Shown here piece after piece: positions 26,330 through 39,345 of a stretch of 64,000 bases of DNA. This stretch comes from Ylistrum balloti (lineage: Eukaryota): contig NW_026782188.1 in NCBI RefSeq assembly GCF_031769215.1, positions 1,364,001 through 1,428,000 of the forward strand, written 5' to 3'. The position numbers and the translations under genes were made by a program. The notes under the pieces were generated by a model. It did no database searches, was not told where the DNA came from, and worked only from the letters and a program-made list of their open reading frames with translations. The stretch's first letter is position 1. Each line of letters starts with the position of its first letter.

Positions 26330-28738
26330 TAACTACTAGAACAAATACAGCATGACTATAACATATACTGTATGTTCTCACATGACTATAATACATACTG
26401 TATGTTCTCACATGACAGTATGACTATAATACATACTGTATGTTCTCACATGACAGTATGACTATGATACATAATGTATGTTCTCACATGACAGTATGAC
26501 TATAATACATACTGTATGGTCTCACATGACAGTATGACTATAATACATACTGTATGGTCTCACATGACAGTATGACTAGAATACATACTGTATGTTCTCA
26601 CATGACTATGATACATACTGTATGTTCTCACATGACAGTATGACTATAATACAAACTGTATGGTCTTACATGACTAGAATACATACTGTATGTTCTCACA
26701 TGACAGTATGACTATGATACATACTGTATGTTCTCACATGACAGTATGACTAGACAAGAGGTCCATGGGCCTTAACGATAATGTGAAAAAAAGCAAGCCA
26801 AACTCTAACAACAGTGAGTCTGCCATTAAAACAGTGGGCTTTATTCCTCCCAGCATCCAACAGGCCCAATATCAGCACTCTGAGCCTTTTGGTTACTGAG
26901 AAGAAGTTGTTTACAGATTTTAACATATTTGAACCCTGTGACCTTGAAAGTGGGTCAAGGTCATTCATTTGAACAAATTAAGTAGCATGTCATCCCAGCA
27001 TCCTACAGGTCCATTATCAGCACTTTTAGACTTTTGCTTATTGGAGAGAAGTTGTTTGTATATTTTAACATATTTAACCCCTGTGACCTAGAAAGTGGGT
27101 CAAGGTCTTTCATTTGAACAAACTTGGTAGCATGTCAACGATGCATCCTACAGGTCCATTATCAGCACTCTTGGACTTTTGCTTATTAAGAAGAAGTCGT
27201 TTGTATATTTTAATATATCTGACCCCTGTGACCTTGAAAGTGGGTCAAGGTCATTCATTTGAACAAACTTGGTAGCACTTCATCCCATCATCCTACAGGC
27301 CAAATATCAGCACTCTTAGACTTTTGCTTATTGAGAAGAAGTCGTTTGTATATTTTAACATATTTGACCCCTGTGACCTTGAAAGTAGGTCAAGGTCATT
27401 CATTTGGACAAACTGGGTAGCCCTTCATCCTAGTATGCTACAGACCCAATATCAGCATTATGAGCCCTTTGGTTGTTGAGAAGAAGTTGTTTGTATATTT
27501 AAACATATTTGACCCCTGTGACCTTGAAAGGGGGTCAAGGTCAATAATTTGAACAAACTTTGTAGGGCTCCATGCCAGCATGCTATGGGCCAAGTATTAG
27601 CCCTCTAGGCCTTCTAGTATTTGAGAAGTTTTTTGAATGAAAAGTTTACGGACGGCGCATGGCTGACGACGACGGACGAAGCACGATGGCTAAAGGTCAT
27701 CTCGACCCTTTGGGTCAGATGACCTAAAAACATACTGAATGTTCTCACATGACGGCATGACTAGAATACATACTGTATGTTCTCACATGACAAGAATACA
27801 TACTCTATGTTCTCACATGACTATAATACATACGGTATGGTCTCACATGACAGTATGACTAGAATACATACTGTATGTTCTCACATGACGGCATGACTAG
27901 AATACATACTGTATGGTCTCACATGACTATGATACATACTGTATGTTTTCACATGACAGTATGACTAGAATACATACTGTATGTTCTCACATGACAGTAT
28001 GACTAGAATACATACTGTATGTTCTCACATGACAGTATGACTAGAATACATACTGTATGTTCTCACATGACAGTATGACTAGAATACATACTGTATGTTC
28101 TCACACGACAGTATGACTAGAATACATACTGTATGGTCTCACATGACTATAATACATACTGTATGTTCTCACACGACAGTATGACTATAATACATACTGT
28201 AGATTCTCACACGACAGTATGACTAGAATACATACTGTAGGTTCTCACATGACAGTATGACTAGAATACATACTGTATGTTCTCACATGACTAGAATACA
28301 TACTGTATGTTCTCACATGACTAGAATACATACTGTATGTTCTCACATGACAGTATGACTAGAATACATACTGTATGGTCTCACATGACTATAATACATA
28401 CTGTATGTTCTCACATGACAGTATGACTAGAATACATACTGTATGGTCTCACATGACTATAATACATACTGTATGTTCTCACATGACAGTATGACTACAA
28501 TACATACTGTATGTTCTCACATGACTATAATACATACTGTATGTTCTCACATGACAGCATGACTATAATACATACTGTATGGTCTCACATGACTAGAATA
28601 CATACTGTATGTTCTCACATGACTAGAATACATACTGTATGTTCTCACATGACTAGAATACATACTGTATGTTCTCACATGACTAGAATACATACTGTAG
28701 ATTCTCACATGACAGTATGACTATAATACATACTGTAC
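26330..28738. repeat. 30/38-bp minisatellite ([GACAGTAT]GACTAGAATACATACTGTATGTTCTCACAT), split by a transposon at 26754-27730
   Basis: Direct periodicity. The long unit contains the inverted repeat ACAGTATG...CATACTGT. Confidence 0.95.
26754..27730 (+). mobile_element. Non-autonomous Helentron-type (HINE-like) element with about five internal 145-bp satellite units
   Basis: Unit motif CCCTGTGACCTTGAAAGTGGGTCAAGG at 145-bp spacing (26938, 27083, 27228, 27373, 27518); GACG microsatellite near the 3' end; terminal hairpin AGGTCATCT-cGACCC-ttt-GGGTC-AGATGACCT followed by AAAAA; clean insertion into the minisatellite. Confidence 0.8.
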
Positions 28739-28985
28739 TGTAAGTAAATCAGATTGATTGTATTACTTGATGTGTATGTACCCCTTGGGAATTCTTACAT
28801 TCTAAAATATAATAATTGCCAGAACTATTAAAAAATTTGCGACCTAACGATTCTCTCATTCTTTTATCCCTTTGTCCAGCAACCAGTTCCTCATCCATTT
28901 CTTTTACTATTACACATGCTGCTGCTTCTTCTATGGACTGATAAACATGCCAGTTTATAGGCTATATAACAAATTGGACACCTAC

Positions 28986-31900
28986 CTTGTATAGATTGGC
29001 TGGTGAATGGTGATGCCTTGTCCTCCACGGGTTGGTGAGCCAGCAGAATCCAGAATCTCTTCCAATATGCCTTTGGCTGCCAAAATAATGATAAACTTGT
29101 CTTACAACACATCAAAATGACATGATAACCATCACATTGAAAATTGTACAGAGAAACAGGACAGTATTATAACACTTTCTATTTCTTTATTCATAATGGA
29201 TAAACACTTGTGTTGGTTCCATTTTGATCATAAAATATTTTTGAGTCAGTTTTAACTATGTATGTCTTCTTTCTCCTGTATGTCCTATAACTGCTTGTTT
29301 TATATATAAACTACCGTGCACATTTGTTAACAAATGCTTAGAAAATATGCAAATTCACCCAATGTTCATTTCTAGAAGTACACATATTAGACACCTGTCA
29401 AATACTGAAAAAAACTGTCGTTGTGACAATGCAAATCAATCCTGATAGCCTATTTTATGTTTTGTCAGGTTTAAGGGAGGCAACTCTGATTCACGTTTTG
29501 CTTTAAAAATTGAAAAAAAGATTGTCATGTATAATTTAAAAACTGAAACAATATGTCAAGTATGACTATCATATCAAAGGATCAACATTAACACTGATAT
29601 CAACACTACAGTAGACTTTTACCAACACAGCTCTATAGTTTCTAAATACATGTAACAAAGAAATTCAACAACAGTCTATACCCATGTCCAGCTTTTTCTG
29701 CACAGTTATCATAAATATTTCATATAAGGCCAATTCATTTGGCTATTTGACACATGAGCCTGTATAACTAATCACACAATTTTCAATTCCAAAGTTTTCC
29801 CTGATCGAACACTGAACACTGGGAAACTTTCCCTGCAGCCTGTCTCACCTGTTTTAGAAGGTAGGCTGTTGATGCTGGAGCTTAGTATTTGTTTCTTGTA
29901 ATTCGTAGTGAATTTAAGACTGAGCAGTTTTCTGTAAGAGGGGCAAAATGCTCTGTGCAAATGTGCAAGCAATTCCTTATGTGTTTATTCAGTAAGTAAA
30001 TACTCACTCTGTTGCGTCCGAGAGTCTATCATGGCAGATGGTTCGTAGGCTACTGGGCGGGGCGCTCTTGACCGAGGGGCTGGGGTGTCTAGCGGTGACC
30101 CTTTAGGTGATACAGAAGTTCTGTTGACTGTTGTTTTACTGAAAGCTCTCCTTGGTTGGTCAGATCCAGGTGAAGGGAACTTTCTTTGCTGTGGAGGAGT
30201 ACGGTGAGGTGACCTGGCAGGTGATCTGGTCTGGGTTGTATCTCTGGTAAGCGATATTAATTTTGCCTGACAGGAATTAAGATCAAATAAATCTGATGAG
30301 TATTGCTCTGTGCAGTATTTTGGTTTTTATTGGTCAATTTGTTATAATTACATGTGTCTGTACAAATGTGTAAACATCTCATTCATCCATCCTATTACTA
30401 AGAAGTGAGTTATTACCTGCATCTGTAGTTGGTGTTCCTGTAACCGTTCCAGGTGTTCTATCCTCTGATCTGTAAGTTGAGATACCTGTTTCTCAAGGGC
30501 CATAACTCTTTCAGATTCTTGGACTACTGTTTCAGCTTCAGATGCCATTTGCTTGGCAGAGCCACTGTTTTGTATTAATGCCATTTTTTCCAAAATCTCT
30601 GCCATTTTGGATTCCAAATCCTGTTGAGCCTATAAAAGAACAGATTTGAACAAAATTGTTCAGAAAACAAGTATTCTGGAATACTTTTATCTGATTTAAA
30701 TGTAGATCACACAAAGTCTTGTTAAATTCTTATAATATATCCAATAATATTTTAATGTAGATAAAATATACAAATAACATATATACACACAAACTATTGC
30801 TTCAGCTTTACGTTTGCTTAATATCAGCATTCCTGTCAACATCCAAAAGTATTCCCTCAAATACTACTTTTGGACCACAGAGCTGAAGACATACTGAAGT
30901 TATGATAAAGTTTTTATATCAAGGAAGGGCTGTATTGCTGATAAAATGATATGGAGGAAGTAAACATGATTATCTTTACCTTAAGGAAGGGTTGTGTAGC
31001 TGCCACAGCTGCACTGGCTGCCACAGCAACAGTGATGGCCTCACTTGTCTGTCCTGTCACCTTTGGCCCTTCTCCTTTGACCTCTGACCCTTTCCTGTCT
31101 GCACCAACTATTTTCGGTTGAACAACCCTCTTCACAGGTCCAGCCTGTTCATACCTATGAAGTGGTAGTGGTACCAAGAGCATATTTTTATCAAAGTTTG
31201 TTTACAACCAAATACCCCAGCCATATTCTAACAGTATTATACAATGTATAATTATAAAGGATTGCTTATCAAATTCCCTTTTCTATATGTTTGATCATGT
31301 AATCTTTTAGCATGGTTATTTTAAGTACCTTTTTGCAAATGTCTGTCTGATTAGTTTTTGTTTCTCTGACATTTTGAAGTTTGAGATCTTAACTTCAGGT
31401 GACTCCTTCCGTTTGTCGAGCCCACTGGCTCCCTCTACAGGAGCTCCTTGTCGTAGAACTCCACCATTCATCTGTGAAACAATATCGTTACCTGGTATAT
31501 CATGAGATTATATACAGCATATTGGCTATATTCATATTTAATGTAAATGGAGTAAGATGTTTAATCGTTAACATTACTGTTATCTCAATTTGTGTTTACA
31601 GCTAGAAATGATCATTGCAAGATTAAAAAAACAAATCTTGTAGAATTAAATGTCACAATGTATAGAAACACAGTAAATATCTAATATGAAAACCTTGAAG
31701 CCTAGTTGATATCTATCAGCCAACATTGGTGGAACTCTCTCTTCATCCTGCTCCAGTGTCCCTGTATCATTAATGGAGGCATCAGTAGACAGTGAAGTAC
31801 GAGCAGACACTGTGACAATTCTCTCTGGTACTGTAAATATCTCTGGTTGACTGCTCTCCCTGCTACTTCTGCTCACATCTGGGTCTATGACACTGGGGTC

Positions 31901-33701
31901 AACTATTGAAACATTTTATTGAATCATTAAGACATCTGCAATATACATACCCTTGTATGTTGCAATTATCAGCTGGCAATGTGAGACATTTCACTCACAC
32001 ATTGGAAACTTAATGAAAACTTAACACAGTTAGTACAAGATGTGAAACTGATTTCAGACACAGAATGCACTAACCCTGATATGTGTATACATGTATAAAA
32101 TTTAGTGCACAAATTTAACTGACAGAAGAGAAATCCTTGTAATCAAGAATTCTAAACCATATTATGATCTTATTTAGCTTTACAAATTGTGCACATTCAC
32201 TTTATTATACATATGACCCCATCCATGAATTGTCAGCTCTGTGATTTAAGATATGGTAGTTCTACACAAAGCCATTACCAACATCCTATCTATGTATGCA
32301 TCAAATGATCTGTCACATTTATTCGGTTTTGGAATGCATAAAAAAATATGTATCTTTAAGTTGAATTTAGCATGTACAGTTTTCATATATGTGTATACCA
32401 ACAGACTTTAACCATGGCAGAATGTGTTATAATGTCATAATTGTATCCATGGTGACAATGAGAGATCATCTGTAGAATTACTTGTTTGACTAATGGTTTG
32501 CAGGTCAAGGTAAATAGACAAATAACTGGGTATACTTTATAAAAACATATGCTTTTACAGAAATTTATGTACAGTATTAATCTACAGCAAGATATATCAG
32601 AAATAAAAGCGAAACGACTGAATTGTCTTAATACACCATCAAAAGGATGGAAACAATTGCTCTGTATGATTTTCTACAAAGCTGTCATTCAAATCAATTA
32701 TCTACCACATGCACTTTATGATTAAAAACCATACCTTCTTTACCAGGTAGAAGATCAACACTACCACTAAGGTCTAATGTTGGATCTTTGCCATGGTCAC
32801 TCTGGGATTCTAATTCCTCAAAACCTTTCTTTCTGTCTGGCTTGATCATCTTCTTTGGTGTATGTCTCTCAACAAACACTTCTGCAGCCTTTTGTTTACT
32901 GACTTTATACGGATCACGAGGACTTGATGGAGTGACATGTGTTTTGATTCCTTTCCTCCTCATTAATTCTTTTCCTTCGTCTCGAGGAGAAAACTCTTCA
33001 AAGGTTTCAGATCTTTGAGTTTGCAACGGTGAAAAGAAGTGATCATCTTCTTTGTTGTCCCTTTTTATACCATCGCTAAGACCTCTGGGTGCAGATTGTG
33101 CTTTAATTTTGCTTGTTTTTGAAACCACTGGTTTAGCAATAGCATTTTTACTTAGATTTTTGTCATCAGAATTGGTATCTGATTGAGGTACATCCACTGA
33201 TCTTTCTACTGCTTTAGTAGCTCCTTTTAGAACACTTTCTCTGTCTTCACCATTTCTTGGACTTACTTCAAAAGGGGACTTTATTTCTCTCAGTCTCTTG
33301 GTTGAAATTTTCACTTTTTGAGCTCCTGAAGTATTGAAATTTTCTGATGCGATAGATATTTTTGAGCATTTTGAAACATTGCTAACATTTCCCTCATCCT
33401 GTAACACAAAACTTCTGTGGTCAGGATCAACAGTGGTAGATGTTATCAAAACATCACTTGCTGTAGTGCTCTCATCTGACTCATGAACAAGATGACCTGA
33501 ACTTGGTTCCCCATTTCTCTCTGTCACAGTATTAGTTTTGCAAATACCACTATCATGACTTATTGAGTCATGATATTGAGCCTCTCTGACTGATCTACAT
33601 GAAGATCTACTACTGGCAGAGGAAGACCTTGTAGATTTGTTCAGACCCTTGACTGCTGCATCTGTTAGGGCAAGCAACTCTAGCATACTAGACTGTGCCA
33701 T
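28986..33701 (-). CDS. KIAA0586: TALPID3 (KIAA0586) centriolar/ciliogenesis protein, 5' part only (~685 codons, 7 coding exons)
   Basis: Exons 33701-32735, 31902-31694, 31471-31329, 31154-30980, 30629-30417, 30266-30008 and 29076-28986, all GT-AG with compatible phases. Motifs match vertebrate TALPID3 as recalled: TVAVAASAAVAATQPFLK|AQQDLESK (cf. AVAAATAAAIATAAPLIK|VQSDLEAK), QRIEHLERLQEHQLQMQ, SPLDTPAPRSRAPRPV (cf. SPLETPAPRRFAPVPV) and GILEEIL. The last exon ends at a phase-2 donor with no stop. Confidence 0.88.
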
Positions 33702-34409
33702 AGTAAAGCTAAAAAAGAAAAGAAATAGAAGGAAAAAATGTGTAAAAATCTTCTATAAGTCTAAAACAATGTATGGGGCATACAGAATATGCAGTATGTT
33801 TTGAAAAGCTGACAAAATACATGACATTACTCTGGATGTAGAATGTTAACACATACGTATGTTTATACTACGTTTCGTAGTTTAGTGGATGTACTATGTA
33901 ATTATTAAGCCATGGACACTGAAATAATTATAATTGACTATGAATGTTTATGTATGATATGGACATAGAGGCTCTAAGCCTGTGTCCATTATTAATCCTA
34001 TTAAAAAAGACTTCTGACATGCTTTGACACAGTCCCACACTACAGACTGATGAGCGAGTTTAAAGTGGATGGGATCAGTGGAGACATTCTATTACTTGTT
34101 ACTTTTATTATTGACTGAACGTGTACAGAAGTAGAATAATCAATGAAGGGGTGTCATTTTCTTTCAGTACCAAGATGTTCAGTACAGTGCCGATATCATC
34201 CAAATATGTGTATAAGACTATCACACGTCAGTGTATGACTTTATATGAAAATGTTAAGTTTCTGAGTTGTTTTGGACTAGGCCCACATCGAATTAATCTA
34301 ACATACCCGAACAGCGTATAGACTGCAGGGGAAACATTATATATTTTTATCATATTAGCTTGTCTCATTCGCATAACCAAAAGAACAGACCAATTTATGC
34401 GCCATTTAC

Positions 34410-34545
34410 CTCTTGTTCTAACTCACAAGTTGCATAATAATACGGTAGCGAGGCCGAATCGAGTTTAACACACATTCTTTCCCTGTTCATTCCAAACTCC
34501 CGCCGCCATTTTTGTCAACAATGTCATCACCAAACATATAGTTGT
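34410..34545. promoter_or_regulatory. Probable bidirectional promoter / overlapping first exons of TALPID3 (-) and Tim9-A (+)
   Basis: Locally CpG-rich; YY1-type CGCCGCCATTTT at 34501; candidate donors GAG|GTAAAT (minus strand, 34410) and GTT|GTAAGA (plus strand, 34543). Confidence 0.55.
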
Positions 34546-35575
34546 AAGAAGCAATATGATTGGTCAATTTCTTCGATGCTTTAATGTTGTAATACTTTAT
34601 TTTTTTTATTGGACTGAAATATTCCATATCACTTTGGAATAAAAACACACTGTACCTTTTTCATTACCTCTTTCATAAGCATTAAATTTAATTATAGTCT
34701 CCTTAACAAAAAAGATTGCGACAGTCGAAGTTTTGGTTTAAACCTATTTCCGGCGGTGAATGTGTCCGTGCATGACTTTTCATACCCACGTGTGTATATG
34801 TTTGTCACTCTTTGCATGAAAATATGATATGTTATAGTCCAGTTTTAGAAAGCATTGACATTTCTTGAATAACTTAATTATACGATGTAATCAAGCATAC
34901 CACTTAAAGGCTGCCGTTGTTACGTTGTAGTCATTTGTTTCCTAACATTACCCGCAGATCTGTTGAAGTTGGGCCTAATTAATGAGCATTGGACACCGGC
35001 GTTATTAGAGACACGAGTAATACTATTTCAGTATTTTGTGTACATATTTTCTTCCATATGCATTGTCCCATACTATTCCAAAACTCCAACAATCACTAGA
35101 AGCATCTTTCGAAATCGTTTTGAAAATCTTAATCCAACGTTGTTTCACAATGCTCAGTAAAGCTGTATAGTGTTCTGTACCACAGACATCTGTATCTGGA
35201 ATGTAAACAGCACAAATATTCTGCCCACTATGCCTTTGTATGATGCAAAGTGGACTGGATTTTTGCTTGTGTTGTTTACATTCCAGATATAGGTGCATGT
35301 CTTCATTAAACAAGATGAGTACCGTAGTACATGTGTGTAAAAGTCCGATGTCTTTTGTCACTTTCACCTTGAAATCCAAAATTTATTTTTAAGTATAGAG
35401 CAATAGATAGAGCATCCCTCCACCTCTTGGTTGCAGTTTAAAAAATAAAAACAGTAGAACATGGCTTAGTCAGAGGAAATATATATCATATATATATATA
35501 TGGTGTTATGAAAAACCTGTTGGCATGATTTCTTAATATTTTCATGTTTTTATTTCAGATAAATAAAACAGCACT

Positions 35576-38440
35576 ATGGCTGCTGCAGAACCCAACATGA
35601 TGCAAATGCAAGACAAATCTATGGTAGGAAGTGATTTCAATATACTTAGATATCAAGCAAGTGATGACTTTATACATATAATTTAAGTATATACTGTATA
35701 TGTACATGTATTGGGAGATTATCAATAAGTCACTAAGTTTACACATACTGAGGAATTAACTAAGGTCAGTCACATTTCTGGTGTATCAATGAAATTTAGC
35801 ATTGGGTACTCCTCACTACAAAATTACATTAGTCATCAGAGTAACTGTAAGGTACAATACTAAAAAATTTTAAGTTTCACCACAGAAAGGTTACAAATAA
35901 GCTGCAAGCAATGTATAAGTTACCATATGTACAGTTTGCCACTTAAATTTTATTCAGAGTTTATCTTTTCTTACGCGATTCTTTGTATCAAGGTTTTGAA
36001 AGTTCATTTGATTAATTGCTTACCATTTTGTAAGTTCATCCATGTTCATTCCTGATCCATTTGTTGAGGTTTCATCAACATAAAAAATAAATTCTGTAAA
36101 ATCAGGTTTTCCTTGAGCTGAAATTTTGTGGTTTTACAGAAAATGCATTTTTGTTGGCTCTTGATTGCATGGATTGATCTTCTTAGAAATTAACTAGCAC
36201 TTTGTAATCCATGATAGTTTTCAATTTTTTATCATTTCTTGGATATAATAATGTTGTAGGTTAAGAGTACCCATAATTATGGCAAAGTTAAAAACCCCAA
36301 CGAAAAATCAATATTTTTATAGTGTACTTCATTATCAAAAGTTCTTAAAGCATGAAGTTCAGTTGTTTTCACAATTCAGTTTTTAATCCACATTCCAGAG
36401 GGTGTGGGGTATTGCGATCACGCATGGCCTCTGTTCGTCCGTCTGTCTGTCCACAATTGCATACCGCTTATTATCTCAAAAAACTACATAGCCGGTCATC
36501 ACCATTTTCATTGGGGATGTTGGGCCTATGGACCTACACAACCCTACTGTTTTTCGTCACCGCGCGATCTCCTATATGGCAGTTACGGGCGCCATCTTGA
36601 ATTTGCATTCCGCTCATTATCTCAGGAACGACAACACTGGTGGTCACCATTTTTACTGAGGACGTTGGACCTATTGACCTATACAACCCTATTTGTTTTT
36701 TCGTTGCCGCCTGATATCCAATATGGCGGCTACGGCTGCCATCTTGAATTTGAATTCCACTCATTATCTCAAGAAGGACATCATCGGTGACCACCATTTT
36801 CACGGAGGATGTTGGGCCTATGGATCTACACAACCCTATTGTTTTTCGTCATTGCCCCATACCCAATATGGCGGTTACAGTTGCCATCTTGTATTTGCAT
36901 TCCAGTCATTATCTTAAGAACGCCATCTCCAGCGATCACCATTTTCGCTGGGCATGTTGAGCCTATGGACCTACACAGCCTGTTGAGGTTCTTCACAATC
37001 TCAGCCCTGCACCCAACTTTATAATAAGGCTGTGGGTATTGCACGCATTTGCAGAGCTATTTTTATGTCCTTATTTCATATATGTGAACAAATCTTCCAC
37101 TTATCTGACCCTAATGCCCTACGTTAATGTATTTGAGATATGGAAATCAAACATACAGTTGATATAGAGCTCAAACTACATGAACTCAAGCTGGGATGTA
37201 ATGCTTAATCATTGATTAACATTACACATGATTTTACATTTTCCTGAAGGAGATATATTTAGAAGAATCAGAAAAAGCACACAAATTGATTTTATATCCA
37301 AGTCGCAAAGTTCTCAAAGCATGCCCAAATTTATATAATCTATTATAGATAATAAGAATAATTCAATGTTTACAAAAAATTCCCTTTCAGTGGAGAGCCG
37401 TTCTTTTATCCTATAACAAATTAGCCGAGGACTGCTTCGTAGATTGTGTGCATGACTTCACCTCAAAGAAACCAATCAAGGCAGAGGTAATGAACGACAT
37501 CACATTTTTTTTAATTGATTTGACATTGAGATTAATTAATGAATTAATTAAATGTGTGTTGTTAGACTTGTTCTATGATTTGATCAACTTTCAAAAATTG
37601 AAAAAAGTGTGAATGTGAAACTCCAAACCTGTGTCTGTCTGACAAATTCATTGAAAATCACAGCTATTCTCATTATGAAGTCATCATCCCCCTTGTGATG
37701 ACTATTGGGGAGGGGATATAGGGATGTTCCAGTATGTCCCAGGCATCATACCTTGAGGGATTTTGACTTCACATTTCTTTATTGCACCTAAATAAAGGTT
37801 TAACTGAGAGAGGATATGTATTTTTTGAATTGCTTTGTTTTCACTTTTGTAAACCATTCAACAAACTTTTTTTTTCTTATGATAGTTTTACAATTGAGAT
37901 TATGCACATGACAAATAAAGAAAAACTATTTATATTATCACTAACATGACAGAATTTTTAGCCTATCATTAATTTGTTTGCCAATTTTTTATTGGAGAAC
38001 AATTAAAGTTAGATTTTATTAAAAACTGTACCAAAAAAAAAAATGAAAAGATTTTCTTTGTATAATTGTTTCCTGTATCATCATCCCTGATGACAGGTTG
38101 TCCTTTATTTTTATCTGAAGGACATTTGTATTTAATATCATAATCTCTCTAATTCCCAAATAGTGTCTTTACAGATAAAACCCATTTCTTGTGTGGATTT
38201 AAAAAAAACTTTACAAATGAAAAGTCAGAAAATATAGAAACACTGCTAACATAGTGTATTTCAATTCTAATTAGTGTAAATGATATTGCCTAAATTCAAG
38301 TTATGTTTGTTTTTCAGTTGTCATGCACTAACAATTGCTTACAAAAGCACACCAGGGTGACTCAGCGTATTGCCCAACGAATAAGTGAATTCCAGTTGAC
38401 TAAAATTGAAGGCATAGCAGCTTTAACAGCCCCAAGGTGA
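35576..38440 (+). CDS. TIMM9: Tim9 small TIM chaperone, paralogue A (88 aa)
   Basis: Exons 35576-35623, 37391-37486 and 38318-38440, all phase 0: MAAAEPNMMQMQDKSM|WRAVLLSYNKLAEDCFVDCVHDFTSKKPIKAE|LSCTNNCLQKHTRVTQRIAQRISEFQLTKIEGIAALTAPR*. Twin CX3C motifs 15 residues apart. Confidence 0.92.
36380..37050 (-). mobile_element. Non-autonomous HINE-like element with ~147-bp internal repeats (Tim9-A intron)
   Basis: T-tract plus CCCAC...GTGGG hairpin plus GTCC/GTCT microsatellite at the left end; GCCATCTTG recurs at ~147-bp spacing. Confidence 0.7.
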
Positions 38441-39053
38441 CAGAAAGTTTACTGAGTTAGACTGAAACAAAAGTATTGTTGAAGGAAATGATCCAGTTTT
38501 TCACTGACAGATTTGAGTAGAGGTTCATTACACATGTTCTAGGACTGCCTGATTCTGTGAAATCCTTCAGGCTTTAGCAGTGAAACGGATCAACCTTATG
38601 TGTATGGAAATGTTTACATATTTAATGATACATATATTTTGTTTTTAGCCCACCATCATCAGATTGTGAGTTAAAAACAATGTTGATGCTGAGATCTGTT
38701 AGGATCTCTTGTTTGTGTGTTTTTTTTTAGACAAATAAGTTACCAGTACACAATACAGGACAGTGTCAATATCAGGATATCTTTTTTGTACCATCAAAGA
38801 AGTTTTTAGATTTCATTTTGCAACATTTTTACAATACACAAATCAACATAGTTGTGTTAGTTTGCTGTAATTAATTATTAGAAAAAGAATCAGTGATTTA
38901 TAGGTAACTATTGACTCCAGCAGAAATTTATGTTTGATAGTTTAATGTTCCAGAGCTATTTAAATATTGTCAATAAAATGTTTCTTTGTTGTTGAAAGGA
39001 AAGTCAGACTCATTGTTGTCCTAATGTACACCTTAACTCCTATATATACAACT

Positions 39054-39345
39054 TATCAACTGAAAGGGTTGACCATATCCTAGATATAGTTGGTACGCCT
39101 ATTATCAACTGAAATGGTTGACCATATCCCAAATATAGTTGATACGCCCATTATCAACTGAATGGGTTGACCATATCCAGATGTAATTGATACGCGCATT
39201 ATCAGCTGAAAGGGTTGACCACATCCCAGATATAGTTGATACGCCCATTATCAGCTGAAAGGGTTGACCACATCCCAGATATAGTTGATACGCCCATTAT
39301 CAACTGAAATGGTTGACCATATCCCAAATATAGTTCATATGCCCA
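39054..39345. repeat. 49-bp minisatellite (TTATCAACTGAAATGGTTGACCATATCCCAAATATAGTTGATACGCCCA), ~6 copies
   Basis: Direct periodicity. Confidence 0.9.

Noticed and set aside
22452-28738. CRISPR-like appearance and periodic ORFs (TLVCFTDLSTSICL, MTRIHTVCSH)
   Set aside because: Contiguous tandem units with no unique spacers and no cas genes in a eukaryotic locus; the ORFs arise from unit lengths divisible by 3.
28750-28937. Protein-like frame SIEEAAACVIVKEMDEEL... just after the last TALPID3 exon
   Set aside because: Needs phase 0 whereas the upstream exon ends in phase 2, and the intron would be only 48 nt.
34047-34053. Isolated CTGATGA motifs (also 42681 and others) as additional hammerheads
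   Set aside because: No stem II followed by GAAA and no closing stems.
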